DNA of 41,549 bases, taken from assembly GCF_001186125.1 (NCBI RefSeq), contig NW_014040448.1, forward strand, positions 45,295-86,843, in the 5' to 3' direction. Both the position numbers and the translations under genes were made by a program. The notes beneath the pieces were generated by a model. It made no database searches. It saw nothing but the letters and a program-made list of their open reading frames with translations, and was not told where the DNA came from. Below, piece by piece: positions 37,778 through 41,549 of the stretch (positions are counted from its first letter, which is position 1; every line of letters begins with the position of its first letter). This stretch comes from Sphaeroforma arctica JP610. Taxonomy: Eukaryota.

Positions 37778-40700
37778 TCAATACGCCCTTGACCAGGCTT
37801 TAGATAGAAGGCGGAATGGTAGACTCGCATGTGGCGCATCCAGCGTTTTGGAGTACAAATTGAAGTGCTCCTTTTGTAACCGAGTAAGGAACATGTCCGC
37901 GGCCACCTACAGGTATTTGCAACCACAAACATGATAATGGTGAATGAAAATAACTTGTAGCAGATTGATGGATAAGTAATCGGAGGAGACGGATATCCCG
38001 GGCGCTCAGAAGTAGTGCATGCTGCGAAGAGGCAGATACAAATCTGGAATACAAACATTCTAGCAAGGAATATAAAACTCCCAAACACAGGCAAACGATA
38101 CGCACACGTATGCATGGTCATAAACGCCAACACAACCGCACCCTCCAGACTTTAAACTAAGAATTATTATTCCTAAACATATAATAATGTGAGTGGCTAA
38201 GGATGGAAAAGGTTGACCTCAGGTGCAGGCAATCAAAAAATAATATCATTGCTCCAGAAACGCATCTCAACGCACACATGAAACATATGTAACACGATTC
38301 CAACTTTCACACGCGAAGGAAGAATCACAGAGTAGCGAAAATTTCGGTGGAAGGATGATATGATCAAATAGTTGAATCGCAAACTTATAAACATTACTAC
38401 TAAGCCCCATGTGCTTGCTTGATCAGACTCACCTTCCTGATAAATGATAGATATGGCGAGACTCTTAATCAAGCACAAGCAAACCATGAGTACTGGAGAT
38501 GCAATACACATCTAGCAAATATTGGCCTAATTTGCTAAAACATTTTTTTCTCGATAAATCATTACAACAATATATAGTTCGTAATATGTAACGACACAAC
38601 TAGCCTTCTGCACCAGAAAGATCTGAAAGCAAGCAGTACAGCACATGACTTACAGCCGGAAGAAGAACCCGCTTAGCCCTAGGCGCCACATCGTTCGTAT
38701 GCTCACGAGCCATTTCCAGGTGTGAATTAGCCTGTGAAGATATTGTATATGCTACCTCTGTGATGGCAGCTTCGTTTTGTTGCCTGATGACTTCTTCTTG
38801 ACTCACTCCTGCCTGAATTGACAACCATTATAAAGCAAAATTTAATCAATATAGATAGAATCACTGATGCGCACGGCGGTTGCGGCATTTTAAAAAACTA
38901 AAATAAATATGCAATAACACGGAGTATAAATCGCTGCATGGACCATAACAACGCTAAGCATAGCCAAAGTAGCAATTGCGTTCAACTTGATCGCCGCACG
39001 CATGATTATGGCCAACATACACAAACAAACCCCATTAAACAAATGCCAGAGTTTTATGTAATCACAGCAGGCCCTGACCAATACCTACGACTAACAAAGG
39101 GCATGTGACTTACATAATTTTGGCCAACATACACAAAAAAACCCTCATTTAATGAACCTCCAAATTATGTAGTAAAAGTGTAATCACAGACGGCCCTGAC
39201 CAAAGTATACGACTACACAAAGGCGTGTGCTTGCAGACTGTACTAAGCACAATTCAGCGGTCACGGAGAAAAATCGCAAATATACTTTGGAAACCAAGAT
39301 AGAACACCGTGAAAGTAACGTGGCGCACACAGACTAGAATCGCACAGCATACCAATTATCTGTACATAGATGGTTCGCAAATCTGTCAGACCCTCCATTG
39401 AAGTGTAGAAAAACAAGAGCTCTACACACGAGCACATACCGCCAAAAGCTGATCCATAGGAAGGAATACTTTCCTCCTCCGAGCGTGGTATTGAACACCC
39501 CTCAACAAAGTAATGATTCCCTCTGTCTTACCCAGATGACTGGCAGCGTGATCTGCGTGGATATCCGAGACACCTATGTAGATATTAAATAATGCTGAGA
39601 TTTGAGGTACAAAACGCTTTCGACACTCTGTGCGGTGAACTCGCAGAACGATACATCTGGCGTGAGGGGGGATCCTGTACTCTTAAACAAAGGCTAACGA
39701 CATACAATATAAACCAGCAAAGTCGTTCTAAGTAACACAATGATAGCGTACCAAAATATGACAGCATAACTTCTCTTGACGCGTGCATAGCACAACGACG
39801 AGTGGTTTCCCATACAATTACCAATACATACCTACACATTGCAGACTGAGATACAACAGTGAGGAATTTATTCCTTCGCTATAATCCTCGACCTCATCCA
39901 TAGACATAAACCCAGATTCATCGAAACGCTTTTCGCGTTCTCTTATGAGTCTCTCGAGCCATCTGCGATTTAGCTGGTGCGTGTGCACAGCTTTGGCCAG
40001 TTCCTTCAACACGGGATGACCCGGGTCTTTCGCATTCTAGCAGAATAATAAATATACCATTGTTAATCGATCTGGAGCAATTATTAGTAACATAGTACCG
40101 TAACAGAGGCTGGTTGGTCGCAATTCATATGTATAGAACTATATCCCTTGAGAGCAACACCACATCCTTAAACCAACTTTGAAAAAACACAGTATGGCAA
40201 TCTCAGGGAATATGTACAGGTGATAAACCAAATTTACCCACGAGCACATAGTTGTTTACGTATATATTGACTTACCTCATACACAAAGCCTAGACTATCC
40301 CGCCACCATTGCGATCGAATCCTTGCAATCTGTATCTCACTTGTCACCTCACGGATCTGTGCCACCTCAATGTTAAAGGCTCTGATGGCAAAGACTGCCT
40401 GACGTATATCCGCTGGTAGCCACAATGAGCTCAGAAAGTGCTCGGCATCGTGCTTTCTAATTATCAAGAACAATCACATATACGATATTTAGAAGTAACC
40501 GATATGCGAGACAAGTACAGCGTGTGATGAGGAGTGAACATACCGCTTAGTATCTGATTCTCTAAGTACAACACTGAAATCGTAGTAGGCAAGTACAAAT
40601 ATCCCTTGAAGAAGTCGGGCGTGCAGTTAAACAGGAAAACATACATGAGACCTTCTGATTCACTACATCAGTGTGTAAATGACTAGCATACACATTTATG

Positions 40701-40924
40701 CCCGACTCACTGGAAAATTTCAGTACATACTGGTATAAAGGATCGTCATACCTTACGAGGTCCTGACAGTATGTGCTAGAAGAGATAGCGGAAGCACATC
40801 TCCTATTGCGACGTAACACCCCTCGGATACTATTAACTTGGGGGCTCGCTGCTGAAACACATACGGGTATATTTTGTAAAGGGAGCAATGAGCCACGACA
40901 ACTCCGTGCAGCAATAAAGTTCAT
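37778..40924 (-). CDS. NDUFAF6: NADH:ubiquinone oxidoreductase complex assembly factor 6 (squalene/phytoene synthase-like fold), 6 exons, 326 aa, predicted mitochondrial presequence
   Basis: Minus-strand GT-AG exons with consistent phases: 40924-40752, 40456-40276, 40036-39832, 39573-39440, 38812-38654, 37906-37778 (TGA). Total 981 nt. Motifs: [92 protein letters not shown]-terminal [14 protein letters not shown]. The N-terminal ~50 aa are Arg-rich with no acidic residues. Confidence 0.93.
39009..39234. repeat. Diverged tandem duplication (~112 bp) in NDUFAF6 intron 4
   Basis: TGGCCAACATACACAAA...TGTAATCACAG..GGCCCTGACCAA...TACGACTA occurs twice. Confidence 0.8.
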
Positions 40925-41508
40925 GCTGATATCTGACTACTATGTATGGTCCAAGGCGATATTAAGAGATGTAGTTGGTGTCCGATACAATACAATATAA
41001 TTCAGACTTGTTTGTTATAGTGTTTTGTAAAACAAGAACGAGAAAAGAACAGTTAATGTTTAAATACCGCCGTGATGTCTTTATTTGATACGTAGACCCA
41101 GTGTAGTAGAACCCAACAACAGCAAAAGAGTGAGGCCGAGTGGAAAATTATAGACCCTTGTGACGTACAACAAATGACGTACGTACATTTGATAATATAC
41201 CTCTCGTCGAGCAACATATTGTTTGCGAATGATACACCCTAACACCAAGAAGTAACTTGCAGATGTGTTGACCCTTGAGGTCGAGGATGTGGCGTAGGTA
41301 TAGTTATAATGAGACTATCATTCTGCCTATTGGCCCTATGCTGGTCTGTAGCTGCTTATCGACCAATTTTCTGCATGCATGGCATCCATGACTCTGAGCA
41401 CGCTTGGGAACACTTCAAGGTCAGTTTCAAAAATAGTAATACTAGTTGTTCACGTGCTTGTACAATTCTATATTACATTGTATAATTGTACACACAGACA
41501 TAAAAAAT

Positions 41509-41512
<4 letters not shown>

Positions 41513-41544
<32 letters not shown>
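41513..41544. repeat. (AC)n microsatellite
   Basis: Pure AC run at the window end. Confidence 0.9.
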
Positions 41545-41546
<2 letters not shown>

Positions 41547-41549
41547 CTA

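Noticed and set aside
37778..40924. Phytoene or squalene synthase (carotenoid or sterol biosynthesis)
   Set aside because: It lacks the DDxxD motifs, has a mitochondrial-type presequence, and its motifs match NDUFAF6.

Overview
Eukaryotic, intron-rich genomic DNA (GT-AG introns, TA/CA microsatellites, one 20-N assembly gap at 26641-26660). Two convergent host genes flank the window. On the + strand is a 5'-incomplete tripeptidyl-peptidase II gene (25 exons visible, 423-15324, about 1296 aa, intact D/H/S triad). On the - strand is a complete 6-exon NDUFAF6 complex I assembly factor gene (40924-37778, 326 aa). The ~22 kb between them holds no intact gene I can recognise and is a nest of decayed mobile elements: two Penelope-like RT fragments; a LINE-like fragment rearranged by inversion and inverted duplications; a DUF6570-type Helitron Rep/PIF1 pseudogene; a CryptonF-like tyrosine-recombinase element that the ORF track almost entirely misses; a Mutator-like MITE; a tandem monomer with a 24-bp minisatellite; a chromodomain-bearing Ty3/Gypsy pol remnant; and a possible pogo-like transposase remnant. 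All assignments come from manual translation and recalled family motifs; no searches were run. I found no intact novel system. The most notable items are the Crypton remnant and the inverted-repeat rearrangement at 18.9-20.3 kb.
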